NCBI GenBank assembly: GCA_002189035.1
Contig: CM007989.1
Span: 2,790,001-2,854,000, forward strand
Source of the DNA: Utricularia gibba
Lineage: Eukaryota > Plantae > Magnoliophyta
Reading direction: 5' to 3'
DNA: 64,000 nt
A program made the translations under genes and the position numbers. Numbering within the stretch: position 1 is the first letter of the stretch; each line of letters starts with the position of its first letter. The notes under the pieces were generated by a model. That model did not search any database. It saw nothing but the letters and a program-made list of their open reading frames with translations, and was not told the DNA's origin. This document shows positions 9,740 to 23,253 of the stretch, in pieces.

Positions 9740-12700
9740 CTAGACAGCAGGGGTGGATGGTGGCAGATTCTTTGCTTCCTTAGCATCGACACCATCCTCA
9801 CTTGAATGGTTCTCCTCTCCCTTGGAACTAAAGTTACCTGTGTTCATATGTTGTAACTCATCTTTCTCAAGTATTAGTATCTTGCTATACTTGCGAACCA
9901 TGCTGACAAATTCTCTGTAATAGTGATGAAGGTCATCAAAGGATATCAAAACTCAGATATGATGGAATGGAAAAAAGTGAAAGATGCAACTTACTCCCAA
10001 GGGTCATCGCCAACCAGCATCATGTCACCCTCGTTATCAGTATAAACGACAAGCCAGTTCTTTCGGCGATCCTTGAGTTCGCCATTGAACTCGAAAAGAT
10101 CATCCAGCTCAGCCATCAGTTCATCATAGTTATGAAACTTAGCAAGGTCCACAGACCTACCCAGTGCAGCCCCCTGCTTAAGAACCTGGAATTCATACGA
10201 TTTGCATGAGCAACAAGGTTGCCAAAATGAACATAGAAGCATATATGTGTAGAGATGTAAACCTTGGTACAGCTCCTTGTCGATCCAGATGGGATTCGGC
10301 CTTCCCTGATTCCACCAACAGGACGGGGACTTTGAGAATGCTTTTCCATCTCATGCGCCATTACTTCATTACCAACTGTTTTTGCTCCCTTTGATTGATC
10401 ACTTTCAAATATAGGGGATTGATGAGGTGCCCCATGCTGCATTCGACTTGATGGCTCCACTGAATCGGTTTTGTGTAATGATGAAGTTTCCACAGATGCA
10501 GAGTCATTCATGATGGATATACCAAAGATCTTGCATATCCCTTCCTTGGGCCTTGCGTTCTGTGGTTGACCAAAAACAGGTTTTGGGATCAACTCTTTGG
10601 CCTGTGTAGCTACCTTTTGATGATCTGTTGTAGCCGAGTGCGTCAACCAATTTGACTGCTCTTGGTCGCATCTTGTATCAGGAACGAAGGAAAAATCTCC
10701 CGTAGCAACATATCTGACATCCTGCCGTGCATAATGTGATGAATCCATCAGATCTAGTGACAGTCGAGGCGGCATCGTCGACCAATTATTCCCAGTTACA
10801 CCACATCTACCCTCATGCTGGGAAGCAAGGATTTGCGACCCGAAACCTGAAAATGATGATTCAAGCTGTCCCATGGCTGGCCACTTATCTGAACTATATA
10901 CCCTTGAAGCTGGGATATCATCATCCACGGATGGATTCCACAGCTGTGGTTTATCAGAAGACTCTGATTCATTACTTTCAGCAAAGGCCCCTCTCAAGTT
11001 AGATGTTTCTTGAGCATGAAATATCCTTGGAAAACCAATTGCGGATGAAGGATCTGCGGTCAATTTACAAGGACCTGAAATTCATAGAGAATGTTAGGAA
11101 TAGCAAACTCCAACTGCAGCAGAAATAATTGAATAAACTCAATACACAGTATTACCTTCCCTGGTGAGTACAGAAGAGTCAGGTGATGGGGGAACAATAC
11201 ACGTTCGAGGTCTTTTTGGTCTAGGCACTGGATGCAAATTAAGAGCAGGGGGGGCTACTAGAGCAGGCTCTAGTTTCCAAGGTGAAACCCTCTCTGGCCG
11301 CAGTATAGTCGAAGTTTCATCCCATCGTACCTAGGGAAGAGTTAAGCAACTTCCAATTAATGAAATCATAGGAAGAGAATGTTCTAGGAGCAAACTTTAG
11401 CAGCTTTTATGTAAAGACTCTAAAAGCAACAATTCTGATGAAATGTGCAGAAGTACCTTTAAGCATCTCCATTTTGATTCTGGCCACCTCTTTGGATCAG
11501 CATCTTCAATGCCAACAATACTTCCAGTGAACCTACAAAACATTAAATACTTTAAATGCACATGGAACTCCACAAAACTTGCCGGCCACCCTTCAGGATG
11601 TTACACTGATTCATACCTCTGCTCCGGAGATTCATCACCTTCGAATCTCATCTTAAATCTCATACCAATGGTGTAGTTTTTTTTAATAGACTCCATATAC
11701 TGGTCATATGGCACAATAAACTCCGATGGACTAGTCCTACAGACAACACGCCAAAAAAAACAAACTGAGAACAATAAAACTCGAGAGTATAACTATCCAA
11801 AGAACAGTCGCTGAAATTTTACAGAGCACAGTTGGCGTATATAATATGGCATCGCATACCTAGGCTTGTAAAATACAGTGAACATGGACTTGGTCTGAAT
11901 AGCATGCCAAGCAGTTGCAAGAACACCAAGATGCATGCTGTGGCTGGATATAACAGAAGATGGAGAATTGCTCTGTTGTCTCATGGCACGCCTAACTCCA
12001 ACACGCAACTCCCCGTTCTCCCCTCTGCATATAAGAAAAAACTGTTCAGACGGTCCAGAATTATAACCAACAGATATTCCATTTGGTGCGCATGGATCTC
12101 ATCAAACCTTAAAAATATGAAGGCATCTCCAGCAATAAGCCTCTTGGAACTAACAAAGACACTCCAACCGCTTTGGAGAAGATGGCGTCGAGGTTGGCCT
12201 GGAATTCAATCAAACCCACAAAAGAATGGGTTACTTCTTCATATGCCATCAAGGGGGACCAGTGACAAAAAAAACTTCCCTTAACTGTTTATGCTTTTAA
12301 ATCACTATTTTACTTGAGCACACCACATACATGAAAATCCTACACCCTCCCGCTCAGATGGAGTCAATCAAGACATAAATTAAAACGACAGACATCAAGA
12401 AGATACATACCACGAAAAATGTGTTTGAATCTCCATTCATTTCCCAGCAGATCTTTGGCGACTAATTCTTGGGTTGGAGGTTGCTTTGACATGTCCTGCG
12501 AACACGACGAGAGTTTAAAAAGCCCGATAGAAAAAAGACAAAAACAGAAACTGCATCAAAAAAACAGCAGCAAAGCTCATCCGGACCAGAGGGGCAGACA
12601 TTCATCCGCGTGGCGTCTAAGCACTGAGAACCCGCCATGAGTGCTTGTATCAGACGCGGTTAATGTCTTGCAAAATGAATGGACATGAAACCGGGGAGGT

Positions 12701-13565
12701 GCCTCTGGCTGCGGATCCTTCTGCAATACACTCTCATCTTGCTGGTAGTATACGAAACACCAGAGTAATATTACAATTCAGGCCAATGTGTCCACAACAA
12801 TAGACGATGTCACAGAAAGCAAGATAAATTATAACATACATTAGGTTCAGGCATCAAGGTAATTTGAGCAAACACCTCATCCGTCTCAGGTTCAGCCTGC
12901 AAGAAACCAAGTTAGCACTAACAAACGTGTTTCAGCTGCAACCCATGTTCAAAATTTCTTATATTTTTTTAAATAACCTTCAAGTTAACGTTGACAACGC
13001 GGCAAAGAATCTTAGAAGGCAAATTATACACAGGCATCGTTTGGTCTGCACTTTGATTGGTAGATGCCTCAACCTGTTGAGTAGAACCCCGTAAAAATAT
13101 GAGGGAAAAAAACTGTAATAGCTCCCAAGAAAACGCAGGAACCCCAATTTCCGCCACAAAATCAAAGGACGGCGACGAAAACTGAACGAATCCGAAATCT
13201 AAAAAAAGTCACCCCCCCCCCCCCAAAAAAAAACCAAAAAGATAGCAAGCACGAAGAGAAAAAAAGACCTGCTCTATATGGCCCTGAGGAAAATAGAAAA
13301 CAAGCTCGTTTTCACGAGGAACGGTCACCAAAGGCCCGGCACAAGCCCTCCATAGCTCAGTGTATAACGCTGTTTCAGCATCCACTGAAGATGGACATCA
13401 AAAGACCTAATGAGCCAAGAAAATCAAACCCATCGCTCGCAAAGTAATTCCAAGGAAGCTACCTTTCCCGACGGTGGAATTCACCATCTCCGGCACGGAA
13501 CTACCGCCGTTGTTATCACCAAACCCTTTGATCGACGTCTCTTCAACACCCATTACTCCAACCAT
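9740..13565 (-). CDS. ARF2: Auxin response factor, ARF2-like (B3 + ARF + PB1), one -1 frameshift at 12591-12594
   Basis: Exons give [68 protein letters not shown]...RVSPWK and PB1 [17 protein letters not shown]...[11 protein letters not shown]. Start is ATG 13565 or 13553. All introns GT-AG. Confidence 0.92.
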
Positions 13566-13570
13566 CAACT

Positions 13571-13612
13571 TCAACTCAGATCTCTCATCTCCCAGCTCCA
13601 GTCGCAGAACAT
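13571..13612 (-). other. Upstream ORF (MFCDWSWEMRDLS*) in the ARF2 5' leader
   Basis: ATG at 13612, TGA at 13571-13573, ending 5 nt before ATG 13565. Depends on the TSS lying upstream of 13612. Confidence 0.4.
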
Positions 13613-14585
13613 AAAGAATCCAAGATACCAACACCCAGAAGCAAGCGCGTGGAACCCAGTAACTTCGCCCTCGAGTTACCCACGAAACCCCGCAGAAAAT
13701 CCACTAGAGCGTGACGGTTTTAGTCGCGAAACAAGGCACCGGCAAAGCAAACGGAGCGCGAGATCGAAACGAGGAGGGAGACGGGAAGGAAGTGATGAGG
13801 TAAAGAAAGAGGAAGACTATATAAAAATCATTTACGCCAAGGTAAAAGGAAAAGAAAATATGTGCGTTTGACCCGCGGTAAAAAATGGTAAGTAAAAAAG
13901 ATGTTGGTTAAAATTGCTTTAAAGGCATCGCGTGACATTTTTCGCTTTTCCTCCCAATGGTCTCCCTCTTTAAGACCATGCCCCCTGGCCCTTCTTTGTC
14001 TCCATCACTCCAAACTTCTAATTTCTTCATCATTATTTTAGTATATAGTTTATTGATCGAATTATAAAAATTTAATTCTTATCCCATGTTTACTTTAAAT
14101 AAACATGATATGAAATTAAATGTTTTATATTTTAATATCATGGACAACGGTTGCCCCTCCAATCATGTCACCCATCTTGTATTCAATTCATTACATGTTA
14201 CGAAAATATTACGATATCTTACAAAATGTGATGAATCTCGTACAAATAGTAGCGAGTGAACTTTCCAAGTGTTCAATCCAGCAGCATGAGAATGGATACC
14301 AAACAAGATCTCCTAGTATTGAATCAGCACCAGACTCCAAAGTTTAATTGAATCTTGAGGGTACCACGAAAGTGGACCATGAACGACTTCAGCTAGCATT
14401 CTGAATCCAAAACCTAAAATAAAGAAAAAAAATAAAAATGTTAAAAATATGTAAAAAAAAAAAGATGGCTTAGATGACCAATACACGCTATCCACCAAAT
14501 CTCAGTACAAATATTAAATAAGACATTTCCTTTCGTTTTTCTAAAATCTCTATAATTAACACACACCCTTACGATTATCATATTA

Positions 14586-14994
14586 GGGTTCGTTTGGTAG
14601 AACATTTTTAATTTATGTGGTACTAAACGTGGATAAGATTAATTTATATTAAAATGGGCGCTTTATAAAACATCAGTATTTTTTTATAGGAATGGTCATT
14701 TATTAAGTGTCCAGTATAAAAGTATACAATTGGATTTATATGTAATATTACTAAAATACTTATAACTAAATATTTATATATAATTCCTTGTCACGTATTT
14801 GGAAACCAAAAGATGATATGGTATTTTACTATCATAAGATTAACAAAACCCATCTAATAATAACACTATATTACACTACAAAAAATTAATGCGATATCTA
14901 ATTTATGATATTACTTGTTTATTAAAGTATTACTTTACAACCATAAGGGCTATGTTGCAAGTTGGGACATAAAATAAGATGTGTTACCAAACAA
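14586..14994. mobile_element. Possible degenerate Tourist-like (PIF/Harbinger) MITE
   Basis: Left end TTA|GGGTTCGTTTGGTAGAACA; right end TGTGTTACCAAACAA is an imperfect inverted copy; about 410 bp AT-rich interior. The right terminus and TSD are eroded. Confidence 0.3.
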
Positions 14995-15413
14995 TTTGCA
15001 AGTTTTAAAGGGGGTGTATTATGTGCCAAGTTGCGACAAATTGGTGACGGATACTACTTTTGATCCTGATGGAGAAATACGAATAGTCAATGCCAATGGG
15101 GCTGCGCTGCTCCTATTGGATACTACATGAAGAAGCAAGCGGCTTCTGTTGACCACCCTGCTTTTTTATTTCTAATTTTGATTCAATATCGTGTCTCCTC
15201 TCCTACAGTTGTTGTCGTCTGAATTGGGGAGAACCGGTCCAGTTGTAGGATTGATCCCCAACCGGTGGTGCCCAAAAACCCCCATTAATTTAATTCTTTA
15301 TTTTCCACATATTATAATCCCAACCAACAACATCGTCTGGAATTGAAATACCCCCTGATACCCGTTCTGTAATCAATCACGCAACATTTTTTCTGAATTA
15401 GCGCAATTTCCAC

Positions 15414-15739
15414 CACGTGCTTGTAATTGTGGTCCTGAACTCGTATTTTCTGTTTTTTTTTTTTTTTTTCATCAAGACAATGGACGGTTTTATTACTCAA
15501 TTAATAAAAAATAACAATAAGTTTGGATGAAAAGGCAGCAGGCGGCTACGTGTGGATGCAGCGTGTGAAAATGAGGGCAGGGGGGTGGGGGGTTTAATGC
15601 CCGGAATTGAAACCCAGATTGTGACAGCAACTCAAAAGATTTTGGGACAGTAGTTAAATGAAAACGAGGTTAATATGTCATTCATATATAATATAATAAT
15701 TTATTCACACAGGAGGAGGGAAGGGGGGTTAAAACATTA

Positions 15740-15784
<45 letters not shown>

Positions 15785-16349
15785 GACAGCACGCGCGTGC
15801 AGTAAGGCACGTGACTTCCCTCAGAGATGTTAGATGTATGTAGTTCTACATCACACACAAACCCCCCACCCCTGGCTGGCACGTGGGGCCCCCCTCTGCT
15901 TCCCGCCGCCCCTTCACTGCCCAATTTGCATGCATTGTTTTATTAATCATCGAGGAGCGAGGGCGGATGGTTTTTTATCAGGAGGCGAAGGTATTTTCTT
16001 TTTGATTTTTTCAAAGTCCAAAAAGGCCGGTCAATCCATGGAGCTACTAAGCTCATCATGTTGTTATTTAAAAGTGTTCCTGTAGTTGACTTTTTTTACG
16101 AGAGTCAAACAAAGTTCATCACCCAAAATTAGGAACAAGGGAGCACGTGCTTAAAATGGGGAGGTCAAATTTGATCGGCCGGCCAGTTGGAGGGGGAGGA
16201 GGAGGATAACGTTGACGTAGCTTTCGTAGCGGCACCTAGCGGTAATGTACGTGGCGGGCAGTGGTTCGCCCACGTTGCGGACGTCAAATCCATTTATGAA
16301 ATCCGATTTTGGAGCCACCATTTTGCATCAGTTTGCGCAAATCCACGTG
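15414..16349. promoter_or_regulatory. G-box/ACGT-dense regulatory island with a TCP-type GGGCCC site
   Basis: CACGTG at 15414, 15808, 15880, 16144 and 16344. The 15880 copy runs into GGGGCCCC. Additional TACGTG/GACGT cores are present. Confidence 0.55.
15740..15784. repeat. (ATT)15 microsatellite
   Basis: Perfect ATT run visible in the sequence. Confidence 0.95.
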
Positions 16350-17615
16350 CAGGCAGACGACTTGCAAAGATGGGCTGGTTTACAGTAATATTTCCTTAAT
16401 AAATTAAAAAGGGGGTGGTGGCGAGGCGAGGCGAGATGGGCAGAAAGTGAAAGTACCAAAAGCCCCCCACCCCCACCAAAGTTAAATGTTGTGTGTACTG
16501 GGAAGACATCTTCACATGGCTGCAACGCCTAGAGTTTAGGGCTCTGTTCCTTGGATTGATTGTTTACTAATTCTTTGACCATATGGGTATGTGTATCTGC
16601 CCATCCTTCTGATGTCTATTCAACTAGGGGCCTCCTCCCCCAAACCCACGTCGATGTTGCTACTTCATACACCTTGTGTGTGTGTGTGTGTACGGAGAGT
16701 TCAAGAGTCCCCCCCTCGAGCATCTGTCTGTTGGGTGTGGGTGGACTTCTGTGAAGAGGTAATAGCAGTTCAATAAAAAAAAAGGATGTGATGGAGGAGG
16801 GTATTCTGTTGGTTAGTAAAGTTCTCACCTTTTTACCCATTTCAGGAACGATTAGAACAAGTGTATTTTCAAATGCAGACCAACATTATGACTCTTAGAC
16901 CAAAAAAAAGTTACTTGAATTCAATTTGGTAGAAGCATAGTAAAAAAGTACGCTGAGGGATGAAAAGTGGGGGTGTTCCAGTTCCCAAACCAATGGGTAG
17001 TGGTCCTGGTCCAGTCCCAAAGGAAACAAAAGAGGTGACAAGTGAAACACAGTACAACAACTCATAATGCAAGAAGAGGACAAACAAGGGGGAAAAAGCT
17101 GCACAAATATACAAGGGGCTTGGCCCTGAACCCATGCCCAGCCAATTCCTTCATTTTACCCTCTAGAAAAACTTACCAAGCCTGCCGATGGGTCCTCGTG
17201 GGAGCTTTTTCTGAAGAGGGCATGTGATCCACACTCTGGAAGTATCAATTCTTCCATGTACATGATGCATAATATATCTTCAGTCTTAGCAGCATACCAG
17301 TAGTGAGTTGTTGTTTTCAAAAAAATAAATATGCATCATAGTTTACTGATGAAACGAAAGGGCCTGTTAATGCAAGCAGCAGAGGGCAAAGGAGTAGTCA
17401 CATCATATTCATTTACACCACTGCTTACAAGGGGGCTGGTAAGCACAATTCAAAGCTTGTTCCTCCTACTGTAGTGTGACATAGCTGCAACATCCATATA
17501 AAGGTTTATTGATGAAGATGGGACAATCAAAATTTCACTTTTGGTGTAAAAGCCAACTAAATAGCTGTCTGATACATATCTAGGGCCATGTCTTCTCACC
17601 GAGCAAGCACGGTCT

Positions 17616-20600
17616 TCAAGAAAACACTCTGTCAGAACTTTTAATGAGAGTGAGGAGCTCTACATCGTCAATCTCGGATTCGGTAATCAGCTGGTTAAGA
17701 GTTCTATCTTCATTGTCAACAGCTCCAGGATTGGCTCCTCTGGTAGAAATTGCTACAAGTGAGAAACTACTAACAGAGGCATTTTAGAAACAGAACCTTA
17801 GAAAATGGCAACCTATTCGTAAGTAACTCCATGATCGGAGCATCCAGCAAAGATGTTGGAAGAAAAATAAGAGATAGGGGAAAAGAGAATTTTGGAAATG
17901 TTTTACCTTGAGAGTAGAAGCTTGGCGATTCCAGTTCTTCCCCTAAGTATACTGTGATGTAGAGGAGTACAACCCCTTGAATCACAAATGTTAACATTTG
18001 CACCATGCTGTAGGAGAAGTTCAACCATCCCAATATCAGTGTTTTGACAGGCAAGGTGAAACAGGGAGCAGCCACTAAAAAGATCATCAACAAATGGGTT
18101 CTCATCATTGTCTTGTGGTTCCAATGATTTCAATGCGCTACCATCTACAATACGAAACTCTTTGTCAGGGTTCCGCAATTCATTACAATGGTGAAAGGTA
18201 GTGATGAAACAAATGATGATCGACCACGAATGGCATTGATATCTGGTTCCCATGTGACAATAAGGCGGTATACTGATTTCTTATCATTCACACGAACACC
18301 TTCCCACAACTGTTCAGGAACTGAAAGAAGGTGCTGACTATCATTTAGTTTGTGCACAAAACGTTTTTCTGCGTACTGCAGTCAAAAAATGCCACAAGTT
18401 TAACTGAGAGCTTTATAGCTTCAGTGAACATCACGAGACAAGGCAGTAACTCGGCATAACTGCAGATCACCATAAACTCATTGAATGAAAACTACATGGA
18501 TTAATGGCAGAAGGAAGCAAGTCAGCCGCATTTTACAGCCACTAAAAGCATATTTTCAGACAAGCCACTGATGCACGAACGACAACTTTACCGGTTGGCC
18601 ATGCTCACAATAAACGTGAAGATCAAAAGCTACATAAAAATTTAAGCGGAGTACCTTTGCCTGAATGAACTTCTCCTTCACAGATATGTGGTCACTGTGA
18701 TGCGGTTTGCTGAAAAACTGTTTATGCTTATCGGTTTCAAAAGACCTAGGGTGCAAAAGAACACTTGTGAAGAGATGATCAGCATATAGCAGCTGTAATC
18801 ATGATCATCACAACACTACCGTAGAGGAAGTTCATCCGCCTGTAAAGTTATACTTGCACGTAGCATTGCCTCCCATACCGAGTTGACATAGACGTTGCCC
18901 AGTGCTTTAAACAATGCTATGACAGAAGGTTCCCACACTCTTACATCCAGTACCAAGGATCTCACCTGCATTATAATATGACATGGGATGGAACATAGAA
19001 AATAAGTGAAAGAAGATTTCAATGAAAACTGAAAAACTTGCCTTGGATATATGCACTCCAAGATTTCTATGAATACCAGAGCACTCAATGCATATTAGGA
19101 TCCCATGATTCAAGGAGGCCCAATCCGGTTCAGGTGCACCACAATCGGCACATGCATCATTTCCTGGTAACTTTCTTAATGCATCGATTGGTTTCTCACA
19201 TTTAGTGCTGCATTGAAGTTGTACAGCACTCCTTGTGGCACGCATTAAGTTTCTACTTGGGTGATCCTTTTCCGATGGGTACTCTTGAATTGTCTTTACA
19301 TCAGGATCAGGGCTTGCATAAGAACTACTTTGACTGTTTGGGCTACAACAGAACTGCCAAAACAAAGTGTAAGGCGAAGGATTAGGGAAATAATATTAGA
19401 AAATCACAACTAATTTCCTTACTCTGTCAGCTGTTTGCGAACTAAGCAAGGAAGTAATAACTGCCGTTATTTTTTCAATCCAGTCCATTTGCTCTACTGC
19501 ACTTTCTGCCTGTATTTGAAAAAAAAAAAAAGAAAATTCATCCTATGTGATTGTGCCATGTCACATGAATGGTACACAGAAACAATAAATATTGGTTGAA
19601 AATGATTTTCTCAAGTGAATGAACAAACTTACCTGTAAAGTGTAGTTCTTTGTTGGTGAAATAATCCTGAAGCAAAACCTCAGATCTGTCTGCTCTGTGT
19701 CTATCTTTATTGTTGATGTAAGCAAGTTTACTGTGTGCTGAGCTACAGATTTTTCATCATGCACACCACCATGGTAATGAGATGAGAGCCATCGACTCAA
19801 CAGCCCAGAGCTTGTTTCAGAGGGTGAAGTTCTCTGGATGGATATTTGACTGCTACCATGCAACTAGATGTCCAGAGATTGCATGGTTAACCAAAGAGGC
19901 TCAAAAAAGGATATCGCCAGACACTTTTGTCTTTAGTCCACAACTTACAGTTGGTCTAGTCCATTGCTTCCGATAGTAATATAACATGCCCCGGCTATCA
20001 AGTACAAAAAATCGTCTCTTCCAATCACCTCGCAAATTGGATGACCGCTTAGAGAGATATCCCTGCTTAATTGTTTGCACCTGCATTATACACAGAATTT
20101 TAATTCTAGGTACTTCGATCAATGAGATTAAAAGAAAATGCACCAGTACCTTTCCCTCAGATACAGAGTGCGTCACTGCCTCGATTAGTTTTGGGGATTT
20201 CTTGGAAAATGATGAACGGTATCTCCAAGTGGAGAACACTGAGAGCTACATAAAGACCGTTGAGTCTCCTGATCAACCTGCCTCATGTACTCTTGCATTC
20301 TTTCATTGAGAGCAGACTGCTCGTAATTGGAATTTTGCCTGGCTTGTTGTGCATAAGCCAAGACCTGCAAAAGTTCAAATAGAGGACATTGTTGCAATCC
20401 AGGCGACCATATTTAGACAATAAAAAACGGCTGGGATAAAATATATCAAGTCACCTCATTCAAACAGCAACATCGTCATTAATCAGGAAATAAACGAAAA
20501 GTTTTGCAAAATATAATACAGAATGGGGTGGCCGAGAAAAGGTTCTTGGTAACTATCACACCCTACAAACCTGAACTAAATAATTTTGAAATCATTATGC

Positions 20601-23253
20601 ATTTGCACAGGGAGATTAAAACCATTCAACTTGAGCTTTTTGTTGCGATAATTACTAATAATTCATAGAGCAAATGTAATTGGATAATATATTTAATTAA
20701 GACCAGAAAAAGAACATGGCTTTCAGATTAATAACCTGTTTAATGTACGGTTCCATTTGACTTAATAGCTCATATCCCTGGCATGGAAAGAGATCACAGA
20801 TCACTGAGAAAGGTTGCTTTTAGAAGATATCTAGAGATTAAAATTATCACAGAATTCAAACTACCTGTTTGAAGTAACAGAGATGTGCATCCATAGTGTT
20901 TCCAACGTCCTCTAGAAACTCAAACCTCTTCTTTGCCTCAACAGTGGAGAGAGCACTAACCTGAATTTCCTCAAATAATCAAAACATCAAACATCATAAT
21001 TGAAAGCTTATGATTGAAATATATGATCGAACCAGATTAAAACGAGCTTGCTCGAATGTTGATCTTGCATTATGAAATTCCTGGAATGTCTCTCTATCAA
21101 AACTAGAGTTCAACATATTATGGTTACCCATGACAACTATATGGATGCTTTTCAAGAGACCTTGAGAAAACTAAGATGATGAATAAAATAAAAGTGCAGA
21201 CCTCTTCTAATGCACAGACTATGTCCATCCTTGTGCTTTTCCGTAAAGAGAGAAACTTCTCACGAACCTGAAAATATTGCCTGATTACTAAAAATTTACA
21301 TACCACAAACTAAACCCAAAAATATGCAATTTCATTCATTATTCTGAAGACCACGAGACCTATAAACAAACAACTTTGTTGAAGTGTCTGGCTTGAAATT
21401 CTGTGACCTTTAGATATTATACATAAAGAACTGAAATTTAAAACGTTCACATTACTGCAAAAAAAAATAAAAACAAATAGTACATCAGGTGCACCTGATC
21501 GTATATAACACAAGCCTTGTCGAAGCGCTTGTGAGCTTCCTGTAAATAGCCATCGCACTATAAAGTCAGACACAAGGCCGTTGATTCATAAGGCTTAGAA
21601 CTTCAGAGGTGACATGGATAATATGCTTGGAATATGTTAACATAATTTTTCAATTGCAACAGCAGCATTGCACCATTATATGAGAAAAAAAGTTAAATTT
21701 ATGATGATACCCAAGCTTGATAAATCATGAAAAATAATACTGGAATTAAGTCTTCATGTAATTTCAAGTTTTGGGCATCTCCAAAATCAACAACAGGCTA
21801 CAGAGGTTATCCTAGCACTCTGATGATGATGTTAAATTAGCTGAGACTCGAACTATTATTTACCTTAACATCCTGAAGATCAACAGTAGCAAAGTGGACT
21901 AGTCTATCATTCAGCGCATGCTCCACCTTTTAGCAGAAGAAAATTTCAGAGGGAGAAGTGATAATACCCAGACTCTTCCGTTTAAGAGTTGAAAACCAAA
22001 TTATCAAATAAGCATGCAAGAAGGAACAATAAGCATGCCTTGTGCATTTCCACTCGAAATCTCTTGTTGATGATCAATATGAAAACTATTTAATTTGTTC
22101 ATTACACCATTGAGGTACTAGCAACAGCTGGCTTAGCAAATTAAAAATATAGAAAAAAATTTCCACCTGTGTCCGGAGAATTTCCTTGTAAGTTCCCATT
22201 TCTCTCAGAGCAATAGCAAACTTTGCCATATCTGGCCCTAAACATAGAGTTACTGTCAACTATCATCAGAAGCACATATCTTTTACATCATGTAAATACG
22301 GTAAGTAGCTTAGGATGAAATATATCTCATATTATTAGATGCTTTTTATAGACAAAAAAATGTGTGATTGCATGAAACTTAGGATCTCCAAGTATCATTT
22401 ATAAGCCCTTATCCAGCATCACAGATAACTCTCATGTGAAGGAGAAGTACATCTCAGTATTGTTTTATTCTGAAATTATTTGTTCTTAAGTGGTTAATTC
22501 AGACCAAAGAAGTCAGCGTCATTTTATGCTTATTTCTTTCAACTATACCAACATCAGGCACCAATTTCCTAAACATGAATTTTAAAGTTTTGCATCACTG
22601 ACGGAAACAAGGGAAGCGATCAATAGTATTATGCATGAGTTGAGAGAAATGGAACACAAGGCATCATGTTGCACACCTCCATAAGATACGGATACTGGGT
22701 CATTATGCCCACCAGCAAAAGTTTCCAAGGCGTTGGCAAAAGCAATATCTCTATCATAAGCTTCTCCAAGCCCATCTCTTACAACAACGAAAACCAAAAA
22801 GAAGAAAAAAAGCTTATACGATAAGTCTTGCAAAGTAGACGTGAATCAACAGTTCATCCTATAGTCACAGTACAGCAAGCTATTCAACTTACATGTACTT
22901 TCGGCATCCTTTATGAAGCTTAAGACTTCTCTCTCTTAAAGTCTCAGCATTTTCTTCCATCAATTGTATCTGCTTTGACATGAAGTTAAGTATCATAAAT
23001 AATAGGCAATGCTCAACAAAATAAGCACAGAGAAAGATGCAGATGAATTCATCTTCCTATCCTTCCAGATTCTTGATTACAGAGCGATATGTTAACTATA
23101 AGAGGCTAAATGCAAATGAGAATAGATACATTCCATTCCTTCTGAATCAAGTAGCTAAAATAACCCACTTCCATTTCAGATCCAAAAAAAAAAAAAACCT
23201 GTAACAACCTGTTGGCGAAACATAGGCGAATCATCCAATCTTGCGAAATACAT
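17616..23253 (-). CDS. AGD1: ARF-GAP of the AGD1-4/VAN3 class (BAR-PH-ArfGAP-ankyrin), about 19 exons, two -1 frameshifts
   Basis: [15 protein letters not shown] start; BAR exons ([22 protein letters not shown]); PH domain [23 protein letters not shown]; ArfGAP zinc finger [37 protein letters not shown]; ankyrin [21 protein letters not shown]. Shifts near 20190 and 18180. The symbol is family-level; the exact paralog is uncertain. Confidence 0.9.

Noticed and set aside
17346-17359. CTGATGA-aac-GAAA hammerhead-like core
   Set aside because: Only 3 nt where stem II should be, and no flanking stems I/III with a valid cleavage triplet.
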